Positions 10,101-23,118 of a stretch of 64,000 nucleotides of DNA are shown in pieces. Both the position numbers and the translations under genes were made by a program. Within the stretch, counting starts at the first letter, position 1. Every line of letters begins with the position of its first letter. The notes below the pieces were generated by a model. The model had not been told where the DNA came from and ran no database searches. It saw only the letters and a list, made by a program, of their open reading frames with translations. The stretch is taken from the NCBI RefSeq assembly GCF_964355755.1, contig NC_092679.1, positions 10,523,432 to 10,587,431 on the forward strand. Reading direction: 5' to 3'. This DNA comes from Antedon mediterranea. Taxonomy: Eukaryota; Animalia; Echinodermata.

Positions 10101-11713
10101 TTATTACAACCTTGTGCTAATGGTGGAATTTGTTTTATTCTTGAAAATGATTATCGTTGTAACTGCCCTGAAGGATTTGAAGGAAAAGATTGCAGTGTGA
10201 ACATAAATGAATGTGCCAGCAACCCTTGCAAAAATGGAGCTACATGCAAAGATCTTGTTAATAACTTTGAATGTATTTGCACACAAGAATGGCAGGGAGA
10301 ACTATGTGATCATGTGTCTGACATTATGTCTACTACATTAGAGAATGATCAGCCTACACAGGAATCAATTCATGTTACACATACAAAAGTGTTGCAAACG
10401 AAGAAACCAGTTTCTAATGACAACTTACAGCTGTATAATCAAAATGAATCTACGGATACAGAACTTAAGCAGATTTTAATATACTGTTTCTGTGGACTAC
10501 TTATTGTGTTGATAATTATTCTTCTCTGCATTATTGTATATAGAAAAAAACAAATTAATACTGATGACATTGAAAATAGACCTTGTGATAGTGAACCAAA
10601 TAATAAAAAAGTTTACACAGACAATTTTACACAACAGAAAAAAGTATTACCATTATCAAGCATCAGTATTAAAGTTTGCAATGAAGAAAGTGACAGTTAT
10701 AGTAAAGGAACAAGCAAACAATTTTCCAATTTTGAAGATTATAAAAAGGATATTTATTCACAAGTTTTAAAAGAAAATTCTGATTCTTTATCTGAAAAAA
10801 TCTCTAAACATTCATACAAAAAAAAAATTCCAGAGCGAAGGAAACATACTGATATTTGCCAAGTTGAAAGCTATTCACCAGTGCTAATAAAGTAAGTAAA
10901 CTTTTATTTTGTTTATTTTATTTGTAATATAAAAAAATATAATATATAAAATGTTTGTGAACAATAAATTCATAATTCAATTCAATTTCTTTATTGCTGC
11001 AAATGCCATCAAGGGCTAATATCTGCTTAAACATACTACATCATACAAACATATTTACATTTAAAATTGTTGTTATGATTACTATAGTTATTTTCATTAC
11101 TAAATAAATAAATAATAAATAACCTTTTGCTTTTGCATATTACTAAATCACACCAATTTTTTTTTAGGTCCGATGTACAAGGAAAGCAAGGGAAACAATT
11201 AAATATTAGTGAAAACTCAACACTAAGGAAAGAGCAATGTTCGAAGGCAGATTGTTTAGCTACACAGGTAGGTAAAGTTTAATTTATAATTTTACGAATT
11301 TTAAGTTATGGTATAATACAATGTAGCTATATCTATTCACCAACTGCTAACTTGCATAGAAAACTATAATTCAAACACCCTAAAAAAATTAAAATTATTT
11401 TAAAACAAGGAGTACTTTACTTTGAGAAATTAGCCTTTAACAATAGATGGAGGCAGCTGGTAGGTAATTACCTGCATAATACAGTATATCACACTCGCTC
11501 TTAAAAGCAATTACATAAGGTTCAGTGCCTTAACTAATTGATCACATCAATAATATATCGGAATTGTACCTATACACAATATGCTTAAATTTCTAATTAC
11601 ACTCATACAATTGGTAAAAATTGTGACTTAACAGCTGTTAAAATGTGTACAAAATGATACTGTATTCTTGCATTCTACTTATTCTATGTTTCATTATATT
11701 TTAATAGGTTTAA
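7124..11713 (+). CDS. Delta: Delta (Delta-like Notch ligand), 10 coding exons: 7124-7195, 7331-7627, 7780-7840, 8504-8761, 8875-9057, 9147-9316, 9685-9790, 9901-10891, 11168-11267, 11708-11713; 2244 nt, ~747 aa
   Basis: All nine introns are GT..AG and keep frame. Product: signal peptide; MNNL/C2 (CRTFFQICL...CTFG..TPVIG...F.WPG.F.LIIEA); DSL (YRVVC...YG..C...C.PRD..F.HYTC...G.KVCLDGWTG.NC); 8 EGF repeats; no cysteine-rich vWC domain (so not Serrate/Jagged); TM ILIYCFCGLLIVLIIILLCIIVY; C-terminal ATQV. Confidence 0.95.
7331..7627 (+). CDS. Delta: Delta exon 2 (MNNL/C2 domain)
   Basis: Acceptor TTTCAG| at 7330; FEIKL...CRTFFQICL...MEFVWP; donor CCG|GTAAGT. Confidence 0.95.
7780..7840 (+). CDS. 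Delta: Delta exon 3 (GDFLLIIEAMHD...)
   Basis: Acceptor TTTAG| at 7779; matches the G.F.LIIEA.H motif of DSL ligands; donor AAG|GTAAAT; not in the ORF track. Confidence 0.93.
8504..8761 (+). CDS. Delta: Delta exon 4 (end of C2 plus DSL domain)
   Basis: Acceptor CAAAG|; canonical DSL cysteine pattern; donor C|GTAAGT. Confidence 0.95.
8875..9057 (+). CDS. Delta: Delta exon 5 (EGF1-2, DOS region)
   Basis: Acceptor TATAG|; HGYCTAPNQCECQAGWKGEQCDEC..HPSC.NG.C....QC.C..GW.G.FC; donor G|GTAAAT. Confidence 0.95.
9147..9316 (+). CDS. Delta: Delta exon 6 (EGF3 and start of EGF4)
   Basis: Acceptor TTTTAG|; FCTENNPCRHGGIC...YQCNCPTGTTGSHCE...CQCENGATCR; donor AGA|GTAAGT. Confidence 0.93.
9685..9790 (+). 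CDS. Delta: Delta exon 7 (end of EGF4, start of EGF5)
   Basis: Acceptor TTTCAG|; VCDCPTGYFGSMCE...CQSIDALCQN; donor G|GTAAGT. Confidence 0.93.
9901..10891 (+). CDS. Delta: Delta exon 8 (EGF5-8, stalk, TM, most of intracellular domain)
   Basis: Acceptor TTTTCAG| at 9900; in frame with ORF 10020-10895; donor AA|GTAAGT at 10892. Confidence 0.93.
11168..11267 (+). CDS. Delta: Delta exon 9 (intracellular, ends ...DCLATQ)
   Basis: Poly-T acceptor TTTTTAG|; open in the required phase; donor CAG|GTAGGT. Confidence 0.85.
11708..11713 (+). CDS. Delta: Delta exon 10 coding part (Val + stop), followed by 3' UTR
   Basis: Acceptor TTTTAATAG|GTT TAA completes the ATQV class I PDZ-binding motif, analogous to vertebrate DLL1 ATEV. 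Confidence 0.8.
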   Translation, partial: V

Positions 11714-12420
11714 CAGACTTTGGTTCTACTAAAGAGAATGGTGCCTTGTTGCTGCTCAGTCCGTTCCATTTTAATCGCAACTTTTCCATCTGTGGCTGAT
11801 ACAAAAAAAAAGGAAATTATTAACTTGAGGCAAGATAACTGCTGAGGATTTATTTTTATTGCAATTTGTCACTTCTATTTATTATTAAATGTTATGTAAT
11901 GAATTTGTATAAATATATCAAATTTGCTTGAAATAATTTATATATTTTTGTGATTTAAAAAATGCTAATTAAGCAGTATAAAAATAATTTTTTAAAAATG
12001 TAGGCATTCTGTTTTGTTTTACCATGGAGAAAATATTTAACATTACCTTTTTCCATGGTTCTACATAATTAATGGACCAAAGTATATATTTGAATTTCCA
12101 ATTGATAACAATGTTATTTAACTATTTATAACTTGATAAATACAGTATATGTTAATGGTGAGAGAAGGAGTGAGAGGGAAGGAGTGAGGACATTAAAAGA
12201 AAAAGACAAAGCCTATTTTTCTTATAGAAATTATTGCAGATGAGCAAAAAAAACTTCATCAAAGAAAAATAAATTAAATTTATAAGATGAACCATTTTTG
12301 TATATGCTCTTTATTTATAGAAAATTCATGTGCATTTTGTATATACACTAAGAAAGAATAAATATGTGCAAGAAATATTTTTGCAAAATTTCAAACATAT
12401 ATTATTAATAAGCGTCTGTT
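11714..12420 (+). other. Probable Delta 3' UTR
   Basis: AU-rich; AATAAA at 12268-12273 and near 12356; 3' end uncertain. Confidence 0.5.
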
Positions 12421-12594
12421 TTTGTTGGTATAAAATAACTGCGTACACAAAACCATTTGTGTGTTGGTTCATTGTAACTGCAATTTTAACTTGCGAACTA
12501 GCAAGGTTTGCTAGTGGATAAAATGGTAAATGGTCATTAATAGAGGTTGTCCCTTACGAAAGGTGGATAGACTGGCGATAGTACTAACTATTTC

Positions 12595-12775
12595 CGTTAC
12601 TACATTAGCTGTCGATCATTCTACATTAGCTGGTGTTGATTTTTTATTTACTACATAAGCTGTTGGTGTTTCTACAGTACATTAGCTGGAGGTTTTACTA
12701 CATAAGCGGTGGGTTGTTCTACATTAACAGTTGTTTTGACATTAGCCGGCGTTTTCTATATTAGCGGTTGTAACA
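12595..12775 (+). repeat. Degenerate short tandem repeat built on TACATTAGC(T/C)G
   Basis: About 8 copies of TACAT(T/A)AGC spaced 19-30 bp apart; probably the subterminal array of a non-autonomous DNA transposon. Confidence 0.6.
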
Positions 12776-13224
12776 AGCAGTTATTTTCCAATAAACTGCA
12801 GAACTGGTGCACATATATTTTGAATACCCAAAATGTCAGAAAGGCCAATAACAATAATAACAGTGATTTATAATAAATACTGGAATAAGTTGCCAAATGG
12901 ATATAATATTGCTGTGTATGTTAAAGTCTCAATCTGGCTTTCACCATCTTACAAAACAAAATACAAATGTTAGATATTACCAGTTTATTAATCACACATT
13001 TTTAACACTCTTTTACAATTACATTTCTTATTACAATAATTACTATTAAATAATTAAGTGGTAAATCAATTTAACGAAAATTGGAATGATGAGAAGTCCA
13101 GTGGTGCGAAATATTTGGCATTGTATGTCCTTGTTTGGAATATTGATTGTAATTGATAGAATGCTAAGACTTCATTTCATTCATTCATTTTCTCACCATT
13201 TCACATTGTAGCACTGTAGTAGTA

Positions 13225-14517
13225 ACTAGATGGTACGCTCGATTCGCTCACGTACCATCTAGTTCCGATAGTACACTCGATTCGCTCACGTACCATCTAG
13301 GTTCTCGAATACACAGTAATATTCAAATGTACGTACCACAGGACTAATACATGTGGTTTGCAGGAACGAATAAATAGACACAGTGATTTACTTGAGTCAA
13401 ATTTAAACAAACCCAATTTGTGTTTTGAATGTAACAAACATTAGGGTGTTGAGGGATGGTGAAGATGATGGGTACAAAGAGGAATCATTTTAAAATATAT
13501 TCTTTATCCGTAACGTTATTATTTTTTATAAATAATATACCACTAAACACAGTAAAACATTTGCGATTTAATACTTTGTTGAAACTGTCACTGTCATAGT
13601 TGATTGAAATAGTACATGTAACGATACACCACTACGACGTTTATATTTTTTGTAATTATTAATTAATACAATTAACATTGAGAAGCAACTGTCAGTAATA
13701 AAGTTTTTTTGTATAATTATGTGTTTAAACAGTATCTACACTCACAGAAATTTGCGCTTCAAAAAATAGTTTATGTATTTATTGATCAAGGTTTTAAGTT
13801 TATCCACAAGGGCCCATATTATTGTGGGCAGGTATTTTTCAGCATCGACATCCATTAGACAGTGTACACCACAATCGTCAATAAATAAATATCTAACTCA
13901 ACTTAAATAGTAAACAGGGTTACATTAGGTGGTTAAAATCATTGCCGAACGTATGAACCAACTTTATATACCATCGAGTAAACATTCTAGAAAGTAACGC
14001 GTGATTTACTGAATTTTTCCCTACTTAAATTTATAGATAGATTAGACATTCCATGATGTGATATCACTGATCAAACACTGGACAAATAAAATACTGTAAA
14101 AAATGTGATATAAATATCTGTGTAATCTTGTTAGTAAACAGTTAGTTCGCATGTACAGTATATATCTAGTATAACAAGCACGAATGTGCAATACTCGGGG
14201 TGCAGTAAAAGAAGCTGTAATGACGTCATAAGACCGGATGTAACGTCACATACATATCAATAAGCTCTACCAAATACGGCTATACGGTACCATCTTTGAG
14301 ACGTGATATTGCTGCATCCGGTTTGAAATTTAAAAATATGGCTCTATAGCTTTAAGGACATGTCCCTGTAGTATATTCATGCCAAAATCCCAGCTCAATA
14401 TTACAACGAATAAGGGAGGAGTAGTACTTTATAAATCGCACTTTTTACTCAATAGTGTCCAGATGGACGAAGAGGAGAAGATGAGTAAGTCCTAGACTCG
14501 GGTACCCCGAGTAAAAA
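13225..14517 (-). mobile_element. Helentron/HINE-like non-autonomous element (hairpin-bounded)
   Basis: One end is the hairpin ACTAGATGGTACG..CGTACCATCTAGT (partly duplicated in tandem); the other is ACTCGGGTACCCCGAGT followed by AAAA; internal segment 13500-13610 recurs inverted near 51240-51350. Confidence 0.45.
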
Positions 14518-17500
14518 GGCCTAAAAAAGTAATTGAGTTAGGAAACTGTATCACACGAAAGCTTATTGTACTACGGCTGAAAAACTGGGTATTTGGAAAC
14601 CTCGGACTGGGTATGCGCAAACCCCAAAGCATGTCTGGGAGAAGAAAGTCTGAGACTATGCAGGCTGTAAGACCTGTTCAATTTTTTGGGCGAAAAGGTG
14701 TGTATAGGTGAAGAATTGTTTAGTGAGTATGTTTGTCGGCAGCTGGGAAATTGGACTTCAGGAATTCGTTCATTTCATACTATATTTCTTATATTAAATA
14801 GACTATAAATAAAAAAGCATCATTTAATAAACGTTTTATTTAGGTTGGTATACCCACTCTGGTTGTGACAGTACACTATGACTGAATTAGATTGTGATTT
14901 GGCAATGTTGTAAATGATTTTATAATATTTGTGGTTTGCTGATACTAATAGGCTACTGTGAAACCGAAAAACTGTTATTATATGGGTATGATAGTAGGGA
15001 GCAGCATTGGTATTGCCAACATTAACATAATTGCACTACTTTTATACTTTTTAACGGAAGCTTTCATAACCTTTCATGTCCCAGAAAAAAATTCAATTAT
15101 ATATGGGCCTAGAAATTAATGGATATTGAAAATATCAGAAACAAGCAGACAGCGGAGCTTCTGTATTGAAATCTTTTCAGCACAATAAGTGTGTCAGTCA
15201 GCACAGCACATTTAATTTCAAAATCATTTAAACACTTTATTTTTAATCTGTCTACCGAACCAAATAAATTAGAATGTGGTGATTTTTATTTTTGACTGCT
15301 ACACATCTGCCATTACAGGCTGTCTTCTGGGAAAATGCATCAATTCAAGTACCCTTTACCCCACAAAAACTATACTTATATATATTTAAATGAAAAAGAT
15401 AAATAAATTTAACTTAATAAATCTTTTCTCCATCAATCTATCCTTATATTAAATTTCATAAAACATTAGAATTTGGGCGCTCATAGAGTAATTTCCTTCT
15501 ATATGACTGTAATGATGCATCGCTCTATACCTAAAACCAAGAAAGAATTCCTTCTTTCAACTAAAAAGTGTATATAATAATATAATATATTAAATGCCAC
15601 TATATATTAAAAATGATATTTACCAAAGAATTATTGAAGAAATCTTGTAAACAGAACAAGAAAGCAGCCTTTAAGTTTGGTTACTTAAAGTAATTAATCA
15701 CTGAAAGAAACATTCTTTTCATTTTATGTTGACAAAGTACTTTAAATTCGCCTCAAGAAATGTCCCACTTCAAATACTATGTACACCACCTCCAGAGGCG
15801 TAGGCTGGTTTATATCTGGGGATGTGTAAATGAAACCAAATATGCAGTCTTTAGGACCTCAAACGAATGAGGAAAGAAAATGTTGAAAAATAGAAGAGCT
15901 GCTTGGTCTAACTAAATACAGTATAATCATAGTGGACCAAACTCAACATGACAGTCATGCAATAAACAATGTTTAGCTACATTTAAAATTTAATATTATA
16001 CAGATATTGACTGCTTAGAGGCTAAATATAAGATTTGACATCCCAGAGGGACTGATATTTTGTTCGAGAAAATATATATTGGATTTTATATGTTTAATGA
16101 CAGGGACATGAAAATTACGCGAAAATTACTCAGTCAATATCATCCTACTCGAGAATAAATACAATATGATCCTCGCAGCGGTAGTCATGTAATGCAGCTT
16201 CAACCAATTACGTTCACGTATTTACATAGGCTATGTAATATAAAAAATTACTGGATTGAAATGCAAAAATATATTACAAAATGGTATTTCATAATTCATA
16301 TATCCATTCATATATAAATGGTATTTATTTACTATGTACTATTTCACCATATACATAGCCCTTTTCTCACAGGCTGAGATGCCAGTATAGGTGCCTGCAT
16401 CGGTGCCTGCATCGTTACCGGCATATATTCTCATGACTATCCTGCCAGGAATTAACCTGTATATACCGACTTTCAGTAAGAAAGGATGCAAGTATATCCG
16501 TCAAATAAAAGTGTCTGTCAAAATACTATTTGTTGAGGGTGTTCTTTATTATTTATGTTAAATACAGTATTCTTATGGCAACCAATTCAATTCTATAGTT
16601 TGTTTATGCAGTATATACTATGCACCCGTTCTGACAGATTGCACATCTCGCATTGCAGGCAATAACATTACTAGGTGTTGAGCAGGTCTGGCTGATGCCG
16701 GCATGTGACCAGAAAACAGAAAACCATACCGGCATGATAATAGAATATTCCCTGTATATTGCCGGCACACAGTTTTGTGAGACATAAGCTCATGTATGTG
16801 TATCATTAAATGGTTTAGACAATTATACTGTATTCACTGTAACAACAGAGTATCTAAGTCTACTATAATTAAATATTTTGAGCACAGAAATGTTCATAAT
16901 ATTTACAACTATTTAGACCTATACAATACACACATGCATAATGACTAATCACTAATACAATTATTCTCTACCATCTGCTCTACAAGACCACTTATAGGCC
17001 TACTACAAGAACAGACAAAGTATTGTATACAAAATAGCCTGTTGAATGCGGCTATGCCTGGTTGATTCATGACTAAAATTTCCTCCCTTCTTTCAAACAA
17101 AGGCAAACATGTTGGTATACTCCCAACATTTTAACACCAAATTTGAATTATTATACTGTATACCAATTATATCAGAGTTGGCCAAAAGTCTTCATACTTA
17201 GTACTAGTTAGTTAAAATTAATCTTCATTAATAACCAGTCAGATTCTGTTCATGATCCACTTAAGAAAATGCCATTGCAAACAAAACTTAGTGTTAAGAA
17301 CAAAAGAGATGGTCAATGAAAACAAATACAAAGAAAAGTAGGGGCTTCAGAGTACACCAACAAAGTGTTTGATTGTCCAAAATAAAACAATACCATATAA
17401 TTTAATGAGATTTTAATAGTACAACAAAAATATATAAAGAAACCATGTTTTAGTTGTAAATTGCATCAATTGTTGCAATAAGATGCAACAAATAAGCCAC

Positions 17501-18317
17501 TCCCATCTCCACCTAGATTAATTATGTTTTAAGTTCCACCTTATCTGGCCTGGGGATAGCCACCATTTTGAAAATACAAAATGGCCACCTTAAAATATAG
17601 ATTTTTGCTCATATATCAGCTTCTACATGTATGGATATGGTTTTGGTGGCAAAGTATATGTTTTGAGGGTCAAGGAATCCAAATACAGCAAATTCAAGCA
17701 AATGTTATGTAAAGGAATACAGTATACTGTAGGTTGACGTATGCACTCTAATTGACTAAGGTTACAGTTACAGTAGGCCTACACAATTTTTAATAAACCT
17801 CATGCTAGAAGCTGCTTTTCTTTTAGTTTTTGATATTTAAATTGTTTTTAATTGGAGAACTGATGATAAGACCTTTTGTTTGAAATCGTGTGAAACCCCA
17901 ATAGCCGAGTTGTTAAGTAAGCTGGCAGGAATAAATGTGGGCTATCACGGTCCCTGGGATACTTCTGCCCATGTTGCAAGCAATTTCAAACGTCTTCCTT
18001 CTTGGGCAGAAACAGTCCACTGTGTCGCGGAAATTAGTTTCAAAAGATGGTTAAACTAAATATTAAATGTATTAATTATACCAATTAGGATGGTATTTAT
18101 TTGAATAAACGCCCAACACCTCCCCAATAAAACATCACTTAGAATAATAATCTAATAAACGCCCATCCACATTTATACACACAATATTTTATTATATTTA
18201 TAAGACAATTATATTGTAGTAGAATTTATCGGACTGTTATCTAAAATTGACCAAGCATTTGTTATTCTTTTGTACCACTTCTCATATCTATTAGAGGATT
18301 TTATTTGATTAAACATA

Positions 18318-18501
18318 TCCCTCGAATAAGCACCTCCCTCGAATGAACTTGACCGCCTCCCCACTTCCGCCCTATAAGGGCCCTACCAACAACGTCCAAG
18401 CCAGAACGTCCTTCTAAAACCTTTTATTATTACATTCCGAGAACCATATCGTCTAAACTTCCTAGAGGGTGAGCGAGCGAAGCGAGCTCCCTCCTCTAGT
18501 T
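18318..18501 (+). mobile_element. Helitron/Helentron-like 3' end
   Basis: GC-rich hairpin CTAGAGGGTGAGC..GCGAAGC..GCTCCCTCCTCTAG|TT; related copy at ~43990-44260. Confidence 0.55.
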
Positions 18502-20675
18502 GTTTAAAAATGAGTATATCACGATGAATTACTTTCATCAGGCTGCAGCCTATTGAATTGTTTTTAAATGGCTTTTCATATAATGACTTCACTAGGAAAC
18601 AGGTATGGTAGGAAGTTGTTAAACAATCAATATTTCCATTCTCAAATTTGTTCACATTGGGTAAATTGGGTGGACTATATCCATATAAAATCAATGGCTA
18701 AGGGGACTGGTTTAAAAGCAATCAATAATGGGCCTTTCAGACCTCCATAAAATAAATCGTTCCCACGGATTGTCCTCCATGTTGATTGGTTGAAATTCGA
18801 TCTGGTTTATTCTTCACTCCTTTTATTCAAAAGTAATTAACATCCACAAATTCCTTTTCAACAAGTACTTTGGTTGGCTTAATCTAAAGTGTTATGAAAT
18901 CACACCATTTTTATTCACTTGTCAATACACTATCTGAAAGCGGGAATAACTCATCAAAATCATGAAACAATATTTTCATTTTGGTGCCCAGCGGTTATCA
19001 TAATAATCATTCACACTGTTAGGCAACAAGTCAAAGTACTTTGGGCTTAGCCTAAATACTGTCATTTTTTTAATCAAAACACAAGAGCTTTATTAACTAT
19101 TAATGAGAATTTGTGTATATATTTTTGTTTTTTAAGTTTTTCTAATTTGGATGCATAATTATATAACTTTTTTTCTATTATTAATTTAAAATTCATTATT
19201 TTATTTCAAATCAAATTATATAGGTTAAAATATAGAATGAATGGTAAGTGATTGCATTCATTTTAGCCTGTTCAATAAAATAGCCAGTTAGCTCTCATAG
19301 CTCTTGCGTCACTTCTGTTAAGTCCAAAGTATATAATACTGATTGTATTTACAATAACATTACAATTGGAAGTCACAAACACTTATATTTGGTAATGCAA
19401 ATCCTACTTTTAAAATTCATCTGGACATATGATGATGTCACAACATCCGATAGGCAAAGTTTTGACATGAATTCATATCTACAATTCTACAGCTTAGTTA
19501 TAAACATGAGGGTTCAACGTTTATTTTGAGAAGCTTTAAGCAGATTCAAATTCACAGTAAAGGTGAATATTATTAAAATTATTAACATTTTAAAAAATTC
19601 AAATGGTTGTAACTCATGGTAAAGAACATATACAAATTGTGGAAAAAAGTGGGGTAGGTTATACTGATAAAGCAGGATGTCCTCTATTAAATGTGATTAA
19701 CAGTACAAATAAGAAAATATATTCCTGTATTTAAAATTTCACATTATGAATTCATATCTACAATATATCACCTTTCATAATACATTTTAAAAATATGTGG
19801 TCACTGTTTATCCAATTATTTTCACAAATTTGAATTAAATTACCTTTTTCTGAGCCCATGATTTTTGATGTGCAATTATAGAGTGTAATCACCTAATTTT
19901 TACCTCAACATAGCAATAAACTTATCAGTATCATAGTGGAGAATTGAAACCGAATAGATAACTCTCAACATAGCATAGTACTTAGTAGCATACATATAAA
20001 GATACAGTTAAAATAATGAAGAGAACATCCAGAGATTAGAAAACAGTTATGGTTGCAAGGAAATTTGTATTATTGGACTTTGGACAGTCAACAACAAATT
20101 TGAGCAGAATATTCAACCTCTTCAATGAACTTGTATATTATGCAGATGTTGTTGTTCTCATTATAACTATTTAATCTACTCTATACATACCACACCAACC
20201 TTTACTATGAACTAATAAGCAGATGTTCAAATTCTCATAATTACTTTAAAATGTAAATTAATTATAACCAAAGCAAATGCAGATTTGAAAGTTGTTTGTT
20301 TATTCATTCATTAGTGAAATACATTATGCATGGGATGAGTAGAATCTTGCAATATAGAATGTGTTTTAATCGATTTTCAATAGAGCTCTTCTTAATTCCA
20401 ATGATATGATTTGGGCCTATGTACTATAAGGGCAAATTTTAGTTTAGAGGGCAGAATATAGACAGTAGTGGATAAATGGTTGCTAAATAGTTTTAGTCTA
20501 GATTTTGGCGGTTTTGTGAGATTCTATAACTGAGATCGGTAAATATTGTGCAAATCGTTTGATGCTGCTAACCTAAGCTAGGTAATTTGTATGGACATCT
20601 ATTGCATAAATTTTGTAGTGTTTTTTTATTGTGCTACATTGTTAACCAGTTAAAAAATGTAACATTGTAATAATT

Positions 20676-22839
20676 CGTCGTCGACACCACGAAGTGACAC
20701 TAACCGCGTAATTGATGAAAACAGCGTTTCGAGAAAAACACGATTGAAGAAACGAGCTTCACAAAACACACGATTTCGTCCTCAAAAAATGTCACTAAGA
20801 TTTTTAATTTACATACATACAAAGTTAGACAATCCAGCTACCCATTACTTTAATTTAATTTTAATCATATTAATTAATTACCAAGTAAATTAAAGTTAAA
20901 CATTAGTGTCACTTCGTGAAACCGAAATATTCATTTCCCTACGCAGTTTACGCTTACGAAGTGACACTAATGCAGTTAGTGTCACTTCGTGAAACCGCAA
21001 ATTCCATTTCACCGCGTATTTCTAGTGCGTTGGAAGTGACACTACTGTGTAATTCATAGCTTTCCAATGCAATGATCTTACATCATAACAATTATGTATG
21101 GTCCTTGATAAGTGAACACGATTATATATACATTACAAACAGTCATGTCTCTTTTAAGTCTTGCCTGCACTATCCGACTTGCTTCATCTTCCTTTTCCAT
21201 CACATCTCAAGTACAATCTCTTCCTTGTTTATTGCATGGCCATCTCCAATGAGATGGCCATTTAATGTATTGTTTTCATTGATTTCCCTTTTGATTCTAT
21301 TCATTTTTCCATTATTTTAGTTTGTTAGTTTTCATAAATTCTATTATTTTGATTTAATTTTTAATTGTTGTATGTTATTGTCTTATCAAATTGCATTTTT
21401 GTGAGGTTCTTTCTATCTAATGATCACCTTCGACTGGATGGACCACCCTAGTATAGTAAAATATTGTTGAAATAAATAAAATCAAACTTAATGTGACCAA
21501 CATTAATGTGATGTGCTTAAATGGACACAATGGCGTAATCCCTACCATATTTGGGCACATCACACTTTTTTTGTCAAAATGGTTTGATAGTGTAGACAGG
21601 GTTAGGTTATTTATAAATGAAACAACCACATCAAATAAATCTAAAAACATAGGTTGACCTACTTTAACACTTTTAATAAAAACTACAAATTACATAGACA
21701 TATAAATAGGCCTATCTGGAATGTACAGTAAGCATAATGTACATATTCATATTTTTTTTCCATATTATAATAAATATTAGTTATTTTTTCAACATTGAAC
21801 AATTAATAATTCAGTAATACAATACTTATGCCCGTATTAATTTATATCAAAGATAATTCTCTATGGTTATAAATCATTAAATACTTAATCAATGTCGTTA
21901 CATTATTTTTTTCTGTATCAGTATGCTTTTTAATTGATTCAATCCATTGTTCTGTGATGTACACATCCTCTAAAATGCTCATATAACATAAACACTTGCT
22001 ACAGGCTGCCTACACCTCCCCTTTTTAAACCTTGGACTTGATACCTTCTCCCTTAAATTGAGGTAGACAGATTGCTTGTTGATCGAATTTCGGTTGTTGC
22101 CCCTTATCTTATTTTCTTGAAACTGTTATGAAAACAAAAAACACATTTTAACAGTGATTTCTTATTGTTAAAAATCAAGCAGAGTAGTTTAGCCTAGAAT
22201 AGAGAGTCTACTCTAGCCAAGTAGTAGTAGTACTACTACTACTACTATTCCCTGGTCATACACATACTCTAGTTTGTTAGGCCTAGTTAGATCTGGGCCA
22301 GCTTATAGTTATGCCTAAACGTCACAGAAAAGTAAAGTAGGCCTAGGCCTATGCCTAGCTAGTACTAGGCCTAGGCTAAAAGTGTGACAAATTACTGTTT
22401 TATAAATTATAAAATAAATATATAATAGGCCTCGACATGACGGATATCTGAGCGGACTAAAATTCTTTAAATAAACTAATTAACTTACCGTCTTTCTTGA
22501 TAAAATGCAATGTTCTGGAGTGTGCGAGCAGATCCTCCTAGCTAGGCTGTAGGCTAGGCCAACACAGTAAACAAACGCGCAAAATTCATTACCCGTGTGG
22601 CGCTGGCAAGCAGCACATACGGGTATTTAATAAATAGTGTCATTTCGTAAAAACGCAAATTCCATATGATGGTGTTTTTTTATATTGTCTAATTAATTTA
22701 ATTAGTTAATTAATGATATTTGAAAGTTTAGATTTTGTGAAAAAATAGAGTTTGATATACATAATCAAAATACCGAAAAAAAAATTTTTTCAAAAATTAC
22801 AGATTTTTAGGTTAGTGTCACTTCGTGGTGACGGTGACG
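20676..22839. mobile_element. Non-autonomous TIR DNA transposon, Sola1-like
   Basis: ~30-bp TIRs CGTC(GTCGA/ACCGT)CACCACGAAGTGACACTAACC; AATT on both flanks (20672-20675, 22840-22843); internal repeats of AGTGTCACTTCGT. Superfamily inferred from the 4-bp AWWT TSD only. Confidence 0.75.
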
Positions 22840-22886
22840 AATTGTTGTACATTACTAATTCAATTTATGATAGTGTACCCATTTGG

Positions 22887-23118
22887 AGTTGGATAGCCGA
22901 GTGGTTAGGACACTTGACTGTCGTACAGATAGACCCGGGTTCAATGCCAGACAACTCCCAGTCCACTCAGCTGTAAAATGAGTACCTGGTTGAAAATACT
23001 AGGGAGAAAAAAGGCGGCGTGGAAAGGAACTGGCCACCCTACCACATAATGCCGAGGCTTAGTACAATGAGCTCCTAACAGCTCATTCCCCTACGTTCAG
23101 AGAACACGGGACTCACCT
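22887..23118 (+). mobile_element. tRNA-derived SINE with 11-bp TSD
   Basis: A box TAGCCGAGTGG, B box GGTTCAATGCC, central CACTCAGCTGTAAAATGAGTACC; TACCCATTTGG at 22876-22886 and 23119-23129. Confidence 0.85.

Noticed and set aside
7124-11713. Serrate/Jagged identity
   Set aside because: Only 8 EGF repeats, no vWC-like cysteine-rich domain, and an ATQV terminus indicate Delta.
11949-11954. K-box (TGTGAT) in the 3' UTR
   Set aside because: Single 6-mer in AT-rich sequence is expected by chance, and the cognate miR-2 family is protostome-restricted while the host lineage is uncertain.
22887-22935. Functional tRNA genes at SINE heads (also 37966, 60865, 32011)
   Set aside because: Each continues into a SINE body or tail and lacks a proper cloverleaf and terminator.
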